Source: Candidatus Latescibacterota bacterium
GTDB lineage: Bacteria; Latescibacterota; UBA2968; GCA-2709665
Direction of reading: 5' to 3'
NCBI GenBank assembly: GCA_965219455.1
Contig: OZ244744.1
Span: 1,600,001 to 1,664,000 of the forward strand
Length of the DNA: 64,000 bases
Within the stretch, counting starts at the first letter, position 1; every line of letters starts with the position of its first letter. Of this stretch, positions 42,027 to 51,085 are shown piece after piece. The translations under genes and the position numbers were made by a program. A model generated the notes under the pieces. That model was not told the origin of the DNA and ran no database searches. It saw nothing but the letters and a program-made list of their open reading frames with translations.

Positions 42027-42194
42027 CTAGTGTCCTGTCCCAAAAATATCTCACCATTCTCCCGCCGATTCATCCCGTCTCGCTGCGTTGCTTCGCTCGC
42101 CGACCTTACGCAGGTCGCCTGCGCACGGGCGCCTTGCGACTCAGGCGACTCGTCGGCCGAATTTAGCCAACCTATTTCCGGGACAGAACACTAG
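42027..42194 (-). mobile_element. 168-bp MITE-like repeat, copy C (intact ends)
   Basis: CTAGTGTCCTGTCCCAAAAATA...TATTTCCGGGACAGAACACTAG terminal inverted repeats, CTAG at both ends, no coding capacity. Confidence 0.85.
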
Positions 42195-44078
42195 TCCTTA
42201 AACAAGCGTGACTGGTGAGATTTTTCTGGTCCAAGAGACCGGAAAGGCCTACCGTTGTTGGAGATAGATGGATTGCGCTAGAAATCATCACTCCAACGCA
42301 GGAGACCTTTCCGGTGAAAAGAATATCGGTTGATGACAGCCGCAGGAACAGTGCTCGTCGCAAACGCAAAGTGTCCGCCCGCCACGGTCGAGCGGGGCAT
42401 TGGCAGGCGCAGCCCCGACCCATGTTCAGCCCTGGCAAAGTGCACTACGAGGTGGGCGCCTACACCGACGCGATGAGTTACGGAGGCATCGGCGCCGTGC
42501 ATCGCCTGGTCACCAAGCTGGGACTGCCCAAGCGCATCGACGCGTCACTGTCCCTGTTGAAAGTGCATCTGCCCTATCATGAGTCGGACCACGTGCTCAA
42601 CATCGCTTACAACGTGTTGTGCGGCGGCACGCGCCTGGAGGATATCGAGCGTTTGCGACATGACGGGGCCTACATGAATGCCCTGGGTGCTCAGTTGATT
42701 CCCGATCCGACCACGGCGGGTGACTTTTGCCGGCGCTTCTCGGAACGGGACATCGTCGAACTGATGGCGTGCATCAACGCGGTGCGATCCTCCTTGTGGG
42801 CATCGCGTGGCCGCAAATTGCTTTGTGACATCACCTATATCGACGTGGACGGCACAAACGTGCCCACGTACGGCAAGCGCAAGAGGGGTATGGACATCTC
42901 TTACCAGGGCATCTGGGGCTACCATCCGCTGGTGATCTCACTGGCCAACACGAAGGAAGTGCTCTTCCTGGTCAACCGACCGGGGAATGTGCCCAGCCAC
43001 ACCGGTGCGGCACCCTGGATCGACGACGCCTTGGCGCTGGTGCAGCCCCACGCCAAGCGCATCTGTGTGCGTGGCGACACCGACTTTTCCTTGACCCGAC
43101 ATTTTGATCGCTGGGCCAAAAGCGTCGACTTCATCTTCGGGATGGATGCCAACGCGGCGATGCGTTCCCGTGCTGAAGCCCTCGACGAGGCACAATGGCA
43201 GACCCAGCAACGCAAACCCCGTTATCACACCGTGACCGACCAGAAGCGGAAGCGCAACCAGCCCCACGAGAAACAGCGCATCGTCCACAAGCGGGCCTAC
43301 GCCAACCTGGTCCTCAACCACGAACACGTGGCCGAGTTCAACTACCAACCCACGCGCTGTAAACGTGTGTATCGCGTCGTGGTCCTGCGCAAGAACATCA
43401 GCAAAATGAAGGGCGACCTTGTCCTGTTCGACGAATGCCGTTATTACTTCTATATCACCACGCGCACGGACGTGACCCCCCAAGAAATCGTCGCCTGCGC
43501 CAACCAACGCTGCGATCAGGAGAACGTCATCGAGCAACTCAAAAACGGCGTCAACGCCTTGCGCGTGCCCCTGTATGATCTGGTCAGCAACTGGGCCTAC
43601 ATGGTCATCGCCGCGCTGGCCTGGAACCTCAAATCCTGGTTTGCCATGATGATGCACCGACACCTGGACCGACAGCAGTACGTCCGCATGGAATTCCGGC
43701 GCTTCATCCACAGCATTATCTTGATTCCCTGCCACGTCATCCAACGCGCGCGCACCACCACGTTACGGCTCATCGGCTATCAACCCACCCTCGATCGCCT
43801 CTTCAGCACCTGGCGTATCATTGAACGCACCGGATTTGGATAACACCAATGCAGCACCACCGATGACACACAAACGCGGCGCCATCCCCACACCCCTCAA
43901 CGGACCGGTGTGTACACCACGCGTCTCAACGCCACTTCGGATACTCAATTCACGATAGCGACCACGACAAACACGGCCCTAAAAACCATCCAAAACGCCA
44001 ATTCCATATAAATCGACACCAACGCCTCAACACAAACACAAATCACTGTGGCGCACACGATACTCGCTTATTTTAGGT
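42195..44078 (+). mobile_element. IS1380-family insertion sequence, type 1 copy 1 (1884 bp)
   Basis: Imperfect TIRs CCTTAAACAAGCGTG / CCTAAAATAAGCGAG; CTAG on both flanks (42191-42194, 44079-44082); second copy at 57377-59260. Confidence 0.93.
42215..43843 (+). CDS. IS1380-family DDE transposase (start uncertain)
   Basis: IDVDGT, GYHPL, VRGDTDF, QRCDQENVIEQLK. Confidence 0.92.
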   Translation: MRFFWSKRPERPTVVGDRWIALEIITPTQETFPVKRISVDDSRRNSARRKRKVSARHGRAGHWQAQPRPMFSPGKVHYEVGAYTDAMSYGGIGAVHRLVTKLGLPKRIDASLSLLKVHLPYHESDHVLNIAYNVLCGGTRLEDIERLRHDGAYMNALGAQLIPDPTTAGDFCRRFSERDIVELMACINAVRSSLWASRGRKLLCDITYIDVDGTNVPTYGKRKRGMDISYQGIWGYHPLVISLANTKEVLFLVNRPGNVPSHTGAAPWIDDALALVQPHAKRICVRGDTDFSLTRHFDRWAKSVDFIFGMDANAAMRSRAEALDEAQWQTQQRKPRYHTVTDQKRKRNQPHEKQRIVHKRAYANLVLNHEHVAEFNYQPTRCKRVYRVVVLRKNISKMKGDLVLFDECRYYFYITTRTDVTPQEIVACANQRCDQENVIEQLKNGVNALRVPLYDLVSNWAYMVIAALAWNLKSWFAMMMHRHLDRQQYVRMEFRRFIHSIILIPCHVIQRARTTTLRLIGYQPTLDRLFSTWRIIERTGFG

Positions 44079-44861
44079 CTAGTTGTCGGTTGTTTTTTCC
44101 GTGGATGTATCGATCTGTGTCCGAACCACAAAGGGTGTATCGTATCCGTATGACTTAAGCCTTTCCATGAGCCCTTCAGCGGCCTCCCGCGTTCGGAAGT
44201 TTCCGACCCGGACCTTGAAGTACGGCGGCTCGGATTCTATGTAAACGTCGTCCTGTCCGAGGGTGTCCCGGACGTTGGCCATCTCGCTTTCGGCCGCCGC
44301 CCGGTTCGATGCCGCAAAAATCTGAACGCGGAAACCGACCATTGGATCCGGACCGTGAACCGCTGTGCGAGAGATTTCTATCTTGGCACGTACAATAAAG
44401 GCTTCCGTGTACCCCGCGCTCTTGGCCTCGTGACGCAGGGATTCGACCTCGGTCGCGGTCCGGCCGTTTCCCACCTGGATTTTATGCAGACCTGTGTCCG
44501 GGTCGCGGTAGATATGTACCGGAACGCCTAATTTCGTTTCAGCTTCATTCTTGAGGCTCTCTGCCCGTTCAAGACCCGATACCACCGCGATCTGGACGCG
44601 AAATCCGTCGATTTGAAAGACGGGAGGCACTGCCGCGGCAGTTTGATCGACCGGGGCTGTTGCTGCCCCGGCAGGCGGTTTCAGAACGAAGTCATCGTCG
44701 TTGAGGCTTTGCGGATCGAAATCCTCCTCGGCAGCCGTTACCGGGGGAGCGATTCTCCGGCTGGGAGTCGCGCACGCCACCAGTGAAACCAGCAACCCTC
44801 CCCAGAAGAGATATCCGAATTTTTGTGAGATCATAAGAAACACGGCCAGCCGTCCCAACAT
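44079..44861 (-). CDS. SPOR-domain lipoprotein (two SPOR domains)
   Basis: LVAC lipobox; GFRVQIA and GFRVQIFA...PYFKVRVGNF; the stop TAG is part of the IS target CTAG. Confidence 0.88.
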   Translation of the reverse strand: MLGRLAVFLMISQKFGYLFWGGLLVSLVACATPSRRIAPPVTAAEEDFDPQSLNDDDFVLKPPAGAATAPVDQTAAAVPPVFQIDGFRVQIAVVSGLERAESLKNEAETKLGVPVHIYRDPDTGLHKIQVGNGRTATEVESLRHEAKSAGYTEAFIVRAKIEISRTAVHGPDPMVGFRVQIFAASNRAAAESEMANVRDTLGQDDVYIESEPPYFKVRVGNFRTREAAEGLMERLKSYGYDTPFVVRTQIDTSTEKTTDN

Positions 44862-44891
44862 CTTGTTATCATGGGTAAGAAGCTATACCAT

Positions 44892-44920
44892 ATATTACGC
44901 CACGATATCGTGTTTGTCAA
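44892..44920 (-). promoter_or_regulatory. sigma70-like promoter for the SPOR gene
   Basis: Minus strand TTGACA-N17-TAATAT. Confidence 0.6.
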
Positions 44921-45121
44921 TAGGCTATTTGAGGTTATTGACGGGAAATCAGACGTCTGGCGCTGATTTCCCGGCTCTCGAAACGGATGGCGGTTTGCGC
45001 CGGTCTTCAGCCCCCGCGAGTGCCATCATGCCATTGGTTAACCCCGTTAGGAATATGGCCGGATATCCCGGCGGCAAGAGTCGCGAAAAACGCGGAAAAG
45101 TCGGGTATAGTGCCGGGTTCA

Positions 45122-46129
45122 TCAGCCCGGAAACGCCAGGATCAGGACCCACATGGATTGTTTGCCGACGGTGTAGGTCTTCAGGGGACGCAACCGGCCG
45201 GTCTGCGCGTCAATCCGGTATGATGCCAGCATGCCGGACTCCTGGCCGCCGGCATAGAGAAAACTGCCAGTGGGGTCGATCCCGAAGGCCCTGGGTACGG
45301 GTTCCGTGGGTTGAATGCCGATACCCGTGAGGCGGCCGGTCCGGTCAACCGAAAAACCCGCGATGCTGTCGTGGCCACGGTTGGAAACGTAGAGGAATCT
45401 GCCCGAGGGGTGGATGTGGATCTGCGCGCAGGTGTTTTCGCCGTTGAAACCCTCAGGCAGGGTGGAATGGGTCTGCACGGGTTCGAGAACGCCGGAACTG
45501 GTGTCGCACGTATACGCGGTTACGCTGCTGCCCTGTTCGTTTGAGACGTAGACCATTTCCAGGTTTGGGTGAAAAACGAGGTGGCGGGGACCGACATCCG
45601 GTTCGTGGGAAGTCCGCGACACCTCCCGGAGGGTGCCCGCGGTTTCGTGGAAACGGAATCCGATAATGGTGTTGGATTCTCCGACGTGGGGTAAATATGC
45701 CACGCGATTCGACGGGTCCGTGAGAATAAAGTGGGCCTTTGGCAGCGTCTTGATTGTCTGGACGGGTGAATCGCTCAACGTCCCGTCTTTCCGGATAGCG
45801 TGGACGGCCGCCACTCCCCCACCGTAGGAGGCCGAAAGCAAAAACCGCCCGCTTCGGTCCGTGCTTAGATAACAGGCGTCGGCTTCCACGGAAACCGCAC
45901 CCAGCAAGGACAGCCCGCCGCTGCCGGGGTCGATGGAATAGGCCGAGATTTCACGGGCGCCACGCCTGCTCAGATAGAGATATTCTTGTTGGGGGTCGAC
46001 GGCAAGCGGGCCCGGACCGCCCTCGGCGCGGATGCTGTGCTCGAAAACGAGATCGCCCGTGTCCGGATCCATCCGGTATTTCAGGATCCTGTCATCGCTG
46101 GAAACGGTTATGTACGCGTGGTAGTTCAC
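45122..46129 (-). CDS. lactonase family beta-propeller (6-phosphogluconolactonase-like)
   Basis: GPRHLVFHP, GRFLYVSNRGHDSI, PRAFGIDP; GTG start 46129 (alternative ATG 46159). Confidence 0.9.
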   Translation of the reverse strand: MNYHAYITVSSDDRILKYRMDPDTGDLVFEHSIRAEGGPGPLAVDPQQEYLYLSRRGAREISAYSIDPGSGGLSLLGAVSVEADACYLSTDRSGRFLLSASYGGGVAAVHAIRKDGTLSDSPVQTIKTLPKAHFILTDPSNRVAYLPHVGESNTIIGFRFHETAGTLREVSRTSHEPDVGPRHLVFHPNLEMVYVSNEQGSSVTAYTCDTSSGVLEPVQTHSTLPEGFNGENTCAQIHIHPSGRFLYVSNRGHDSIAGFSVDRTGRLTGIGIQPTEPVPRAFGIDPTGSFLYAGGQESGMLASYRIDAQTGRLRPLKTYTVGKQSMWVLILAFPG

Positions 46130-46453
46130 GGTCCAACCTTTCAACGAGAGACTCGCCATGGCTTGCGTTTCTTCCACCGCCAACCCGGGGCGATGGGTAT
46201 GTTCGCATCTGCCGGTTGTTCCTCCCGGGCGTCTCCTCCATTTGATTCTCAGCAATTATAATACGCCTCTCACAGGCGCGCAAGTGTTTTCCGGCGTGGC
46301 ATTTAGAGCGAATCCCGATGGCCCGCCGCCGTGTCCGGGCGCCGTACGTCGCGGGTGTCGACGTACGTCTGCAGATCCTGCGGGACGGCTCGCGAAGAAT
46401 CGAAACGGCGTATACGGACATAAAGGCCTTCAATGTTCCCGGATAAATTTACC

Positions 46454-46482
46454 TTGACTGCGCTTCCCCGCCGTGTTATATT
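46454..46482 (+). promoter_or_regulatory. sigma70-like promoter with extended -10
   Basis: TTGACT-N17-TATATT with TG just upstream of the -10. Confidence 0.55.
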
Positions 46483-46659
46483 CCGCCGTGTTGCCAAACC
46501 GACATAAACAAATGCCCGAATCATGTGAGATTTTAACTATAAGTCCTTGAAAATAATTAACATAAAAACTTATATCCGTGCCTCCCGCGAAAGACCGAAG
46601 TGCCCTGGAGGTTAAACATACGGCGGCCTTTCGAAGGCCAGGCCCGGTTGTCGGCTATC

Positions 46660-46700
46660 GCCCGTTGTCGAGGTTATCTCGATGACGGGCTTTTTGTTTG
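46660..46700 (+). terminator. leader terminator/attenuator upstream of the ABC ATPase pseudogene
   Basis: GCCCGTTGTCGAG-GTTAT-CTCGATGACGGGC followed by TTTTTGTTT, about 45 nt before the ATG. Confidence 0.7.
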
Positions 46701-46744
46701 TCTGCGTCGCCTACCCTGGCAATCGCCCACCGAGGAGATCAAGA

Positions 46745-47190
46745 ATGCCCCACATCTTCGTTGAGAATCTGGTGAAGACCTTCCGCATCGCGGAACGGAA
46801 GCCCGGCATGTGGGGCGCCCTGCAGGGCGTCGTCCACCGCCGCTACCGCACCGTAAGCGCACTGGACGGAATCTCCCTCCATCCAGCCGGGCGAACTCGT
46901 CGGCTACATCGGCCCCAACGGCGCGGGCAAGTCCACCACCGTCAAGGTCCTTTCCGGCATCCTCGTACCCGATTCGGGCCGCTGTGAAATTCTGGGCCGC
47001 GTCCCCTGGAAGGAGCGCATCGCCCACGTCAGGGACATCGGCGTCGTCTTCGGACAGCGCACCCAGCTTTGGTGGGATCTGCCCGTCATCGAATCCTTCG
47101 ACTTACTCCGCGACATCTACCGCGTCCCCCGGCGGGACTATAAACCCACCCGCGACGAACTCATCGCCCTACTCGACCTGGACCCGCAGT
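46745..47190 (+). pseudogene. ABC-2 exporter ATP-binding subunit, frameshifted and 3'-truncated
   Basis: MPHIFVENLVKTF...ALDGIS, frameshift near 46877, then [16 protein letters not shown]...[14 protein letters not shown]; similarity ends before the signature and Walker B motifs. Confidence 0.85.
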
Positions 47191-47292
47191 TTGAGTTGAA
47201 ATCCCCCCCCGTTTTCGCTAATTTTCATATTGTAAGATCAGCGATCGGCAAAGAGCCAATCGATTGACGTCAGCGCCTGGTACTGCGTCTAT

Positions 47293-47317
47293 GTAGGGGC
47301 AACCCTTGTGGTTGCCC
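47293..47317 (+). repeat. GTAG-type REP-like palindrome
   Basis: GTAGGGGCAACCCTTGTGGTTGCCC, identical at 52691 and 52892. Confidence 0.8.
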
Positions 47318-47446
47318 ACGTTGCATAACTTCAACCTGGTGTACGATCGTAACGAGAACTGTCAGTTCGCGCGCCCAAAGCGCAACCCAACGTTCACCTT
47401 ATCTTAAATTGCCCCCTTCCTCCGGCAGGTTACAGGTAAGTCCGAT

Positions 47447-49570
47447 ATGATGCATCTCTCCTTATATGATACTGTCTGGCTGGTCGGGGCGGCGGTTGCC
47501 GCCGGGCTGCTCTGGGGCATATTTGTCTCCGCGATCAAGCGCAAGGGGACGCCGGTTCCGTTGCTGTTGTTGATCTCGGCGGGGGCTTTGTGGTATACGG
47601 GCGACGCGCTGCGGCTTCTTATTGAACAGGCGACGCCAGGGGCACCCGCGGCAGGCTATGCCGCCCATGTCGCGCGTTTCGGGTTGTGCTTTTTGCCGTC
47701 GGCGCTGCTGGCAACGGTGCTGGTTTCCGCGAATGAACTTAAGACGCGGGTTCCGGCCGGGTTGCGCCGGAACCTCGTCCCACTCGCTCTTGTCCCCGGG
47801 TTGATCGTATTCCTTATCGGTATGTGGGAGACCCCGCTGAAACGCGTGGGGTTCAGCCTGTACACCATTGTGGCGCTGTTGTATTCGGCCTGGCTGTGCC
47901 GGGGGTTTGCAAGGCAATGGGTCACCGAGGTACAGAGGTCGTTCTACCGGCTGACGGCCCTGGCTCTCGTCGCCATCTCCGCCCTGGCCGGTTTCGCCTA
48001 TCCGATCGGGGGAATCAGACTAAGCATCGTTGGACCGGGGCTGGACCTGGCGCTATTCCTTTCCCCGATCCTGCCGGCGTATATTCTGGGCTATTACATC
48101 TATCGGTACAGCTTTTTCCGGATCGTGGTGAATCCGGCTTTGCTCTATTCCGCGCTTACGGGCATCGTCCTGACCGTTTACCTGCTTGTGATCCGTCGCG
48201 TTGCCGAGGAGTTTGGACGCCTGAGCGGCGGGTTCCGGGTGGAAGTCGTTGAGGCGGTACTGATTTCCCTGTTGATCTTCCTCTTTCAGCCGGTCAAGAA
48301 TCGGTTGCAGGGGGCAATCAACCGCCTGTTCTTTAAAACGCGCTACGACTATCAGCACCTGCTGGGCACGCTGAGCCAGACGTTGAACGTGCCGGACGCG
48401 CTCGAGAGTCGGCTGAAGGTGGTGGTGGACGCCGTGGGAACGGTGCTCAAGGTGCACCTTGTCTCGCTGGTATTGTTCGAGTACGAGGAGGGCCGCGTCG
48501 GTGACGTGCGGGTGATATCGGGAAGAGGTCTGACCGGGTTCGATCCTCCCGCGGCGCCCTTCAATCGAAGGGACCGGAATCAGACACAGATTCAACAGGT
48601 AGCGGATTGGATGTTGTCCCACCGACGAGCGCTGGACGTGGGCGAACTGCATCGTCCGGCCCTCGCCGCGGTCCTTACCGAGCAGGGGGTCCGGCTGTGC
48701 ATACCGGTGTTGCAGGAGGAGAAAATCGCCGGGTTTCTGTGCCTTGGAGAGAAAAAACGGGGTGTGCCTTTTTCCTCGGAGGAGTGGGATCTGCTCGGCA
48801 CGCTCTGCAATCAGATCGCGCTGGCCGTCGAAAATACGCGCCTGGTGGAACGCCGGTTGCAACTGGAACGGCGCATGTACGAGGCAGAGCGGCTGTCGGC
48901 GCTGGGGCTGCTTTCGGCAAGCATCGCGCACGAAGTGAAAAATCCCTTAAGTTCGATCAAGGCGATAACCACCGTGCTGCGGGAAGACCTGGAGAACGAC
49001 CCCGCCAAGTCCGGTGATCTCACAGTTGTGTTGAACGAAATTGACCGTTTGGGCCGCGTGGTGGACCGGCTCCTCAGGTTTGCGCAGCCGAAACAGGGCG
49101 ATACGTTTCAGCCGGTCGACATTAAAGCCGTTCTAGAAGACGTCGTGTTGATCCTGTCGCACGAAGCGGAACGGCGGAACGTGGATATCAGGGCCGAGGT
49201 TTCGGAGGGCCTTGTCGTTGCGGGTGATCCTGAAGATCTGAAAGAGGTGTTTTTCAATCTGATCCTGAACGGCATCCAGGCAATGGACGAAGCGGAGCGA
49301 ACGACGGAGCGGCGGTTGACGGTGAGGGCGGATCGTTCGGACGGGCGGGTGTCGGTGTGGGTGTCGGATACCGGGCCGGGGATATCCGAGGAGGCCCTTT
49401 CCCACGTTTTCGAACCGTTCTTTACCACAAAGGCTTCGGGGACAGGCCTGGGGCTCGCTATTGTAAAGCGCGACGTGGAGCGCATGGGTGGAGCGATTGC
49501 GGTGGCGAACGAGAACCCGGAGGGAGCCGTGTTCGAGGTTCAACTTCCTGGAGCGAATGATGCGGCATAA
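47447..49570 (+). CDS. multi-TM sensor histidine kinase with GAF domain
   Basis: N-terminal TM helices, GAF-like region, IAHEVKNPL H-box, NLILNGIQA, DTGPGI, PFFTTK, GTGLGL. Confidence 0.95.
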   Translation: MMHLSLYDTVWLVGAAVAAGLLWGIFVSAIKRKGTPVPLLLLISAGALWYTGDALRLLIEQATPGAPAAGYAAHVARFGLCFLPSALLATVLVSANELKTRVPAGLRRNLVPLALVPGLIVFLIGMWETPLKRVGFSLYTIVALLYSAWLCRGFARQWVTEVQRSFYRLTALALVAISALAGFAYPIGGIRLSIVGPGLDLALFLSPILPAYILGYYIYRYSFFRIVVNPALLYSALTGIVLTVYLLVIRRVAEEFGRLSGGFRVEVVEAVLISLLIFLFQPVKNRLQGAINRLFFKTRYDYQHLLGTLSQTLNVPDALESRLKVVVDAVGTVLKVHLVSLVLFEYEEGRVGDVRVISGRGLTGFDPPAAPFNRRDRNQTQIQQVADWMLSHRRALDVGELHRPALAAVLTEQGVRLCIPVLQEEKIAGFLCLGEKKRGVPFSSEEWDLLGTLCNQIALAVENTRLVERRLQLERRMYEAERLSALGLLSASIAHEVKNPLSSIKAITTVLREDLENDPAKSGDLTVVLNEIDRLGRVVDRLLRFAQPKQGDTFQPVDIKAVLEDVVLILSHEAERRNVDIRAEVSEGLVVAGDPEDLKEVFFNLILNGIQAMDEAERTTERRLTVRADRSDGRVSVWVSDTGPGISEEALSHVFEPFFTTKASGTGLGLAIVKRDVERMGGAIAVANENPEGAVFEVQLPGANDAA

Positions 49571-50957
49571 GATTCTGGTTGTAGACGATGATCCGGCCGC
49601 ACGGCACGGGCTGAAGCGTGCACTGGCGGCGCTGTCCTGCGAGGTTGTGGAAGCCGGAGATGGAATGGCGGCACTCGAGCAAATCGCGCGCAGCGGTCCC
49701 GATCTGTTGATCTGCGATATCCAGATGCCGAAGATGGATGGCTTGACGCTGGTCAAACGGCTGGGCGAGCACGGAAGCGCGCCTCCGGTGATCATGATGA
49801 CCGCGTTCGGATCGGAGCGGATCGCCGTGGAGGCAATGAAGGCCGGGGCGTACGACTACGTGAGCAAGCCTTACGACGTAGACGAACTGCGCTGCCTGGT
49901 CCAGAATGCGCTGGAGACGGTGCGGCTGCGGAGGGAGAACGAATCGTTGCGGAACGAGATTCGCCGGCAATCCGGGTTTGGGATGCTCATTGGCCGGAGC
50001 CGGTCCATGGAGGGGGTCTACGACCTGATCGGCAAGGTGGCTGGAACGGATGCCGCCGTGCTGGTTCACGGTGAGAGCGGGACCGGCAAGGAACTCGTGG
50101 CGCGGGCGATTCACGATCAGAGCGGGCGGAAGGAACGCCCGTTTGTTGCTGTAAATGCCGCGGCGCTCCCCACCGAGTTGATCGAAAGCGAACTGTTCGG
50201 CCACGAGAAGGGCGCTTTTACAGGAGCCGCGTCCAGGCGGCTGGGGAAATTCGAGCTTGCGGACGGTGGAACACTCTTTCTGGACGAGATCGGGGACATG
50301 CACGTCGAGACCCAGGCAAAGCTGCTGCGGGTGCTCCAGGAGCAACGATTCGAGCGGTTGGGCGGCACGGATACGGTGGCGGTGGACGTTCGGATGATCA
50401 GCGCCACCAATCGAGACCTTTCCGATGAGATTGCGCGAGGGCGGTTCCGGGAGGACCTCTATTATCGACTGAAAGTCGTGGATATCTTCCTGCCGGCGCT
50501 GCGCGAAAGGGGTGAGGATATTCCCTTGCTTGTGCAGTATTTCCTGGAACGATTCAATCGTCGACATGGAAAGGACCTGACGGAACTGCCGGCCGATGCG
50601 ATGAAGCTGCTGGTGGCCTATGCCTGGCCGGGCAATATTCGCGAACTGATGCACGCGGTCGAGCGTGCGGTGATTTTTGCGGAGGGTACCGTCCTGAGCA
50701 GAGATCTGCTTCCGGAGGAAATCCGGACGGGAGGTGCGGAATCCTCCGGTGCGGATGCGCCCGCGTGGCGGGATGGCGTTCTCTTTCAGGACGCCAAACA
50801 GGAACTTGTGCAGGACTTCGAAGCCGCGTTTATTCGATCGGCGCTGGAACACCACAAGGGCAATATGAGCCGCGCTGCGCCGGCCATCGGCATGAAGCGC
50901 CAGGCGCTCCAGCAGAAAGTCAGGGAACTCGGGATCGATCCCGGGATCTACAGATAG
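49557..50957 (+). CDS. sigma54-dependent response regulator (NtrC family)
   Basis: REC domain (ILVVDDD, DIQMP), GESGTGKE, GAFTGA, LFLDEIG, WPGNIREL, C-terminal Fis HTH. Confidence 0.96.
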   Translation: MMRHKILVVDDDPAARHGLKRALAALSCEVVEAGDGMAALEQIARSGPDLLICDIQMPKMDGLTLVKRLGEHGSAPPVIMMTAFGSERIAVEAMKAGAYDYVSKPYDVDELRCLVQNALETVRLRRENESLRNEIRRQSGFGMLIGRSRSMEGVYDLIGKVAGTDAAVLVHGESGTGKELVARAIHDQSGRKERPFVAVNAAALPTELIESELFGHEKGAFTGAASRRLGKFELADGGTLFLDEIGDMHVETQAKLLRVLQEQRFERLGGTDTVAVDVRMISATNRDLSDEIARGRFREDLYYRLKVVDIFLPALRERGEDIPLLVQYFLERFNRRHGKDLTELPADAMKLLVAYAWPGNIRELMHAVERAVIFAEGTVLSRDLLPEEIRTGGAESSGADAPAWRDGVLFQDAKQELVQDFEAAFIRSALEHHKGNMSRAAPAIGMKRQALQQKVRELGIDPGIYR

Positions 50958-51085
50958 CCAACAGCAAAAACAGCTATCAGCAGTCAGCCTTCAGCAGTCA
51001 GCAACGATCAAGAACCAAGACCAGATTCAAAACCCACATCTCCTCAGATTCCCTGCCTCCGGCGAGAACAGCGGTCAGCTATTAG

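Noticed and set aside
41887-42057. N-terminal extension of the MltD-like gene starting in the MITE
   Set aside because: The signal peptide and lipobox begin at MKVSPL (41886); the extension would bury them
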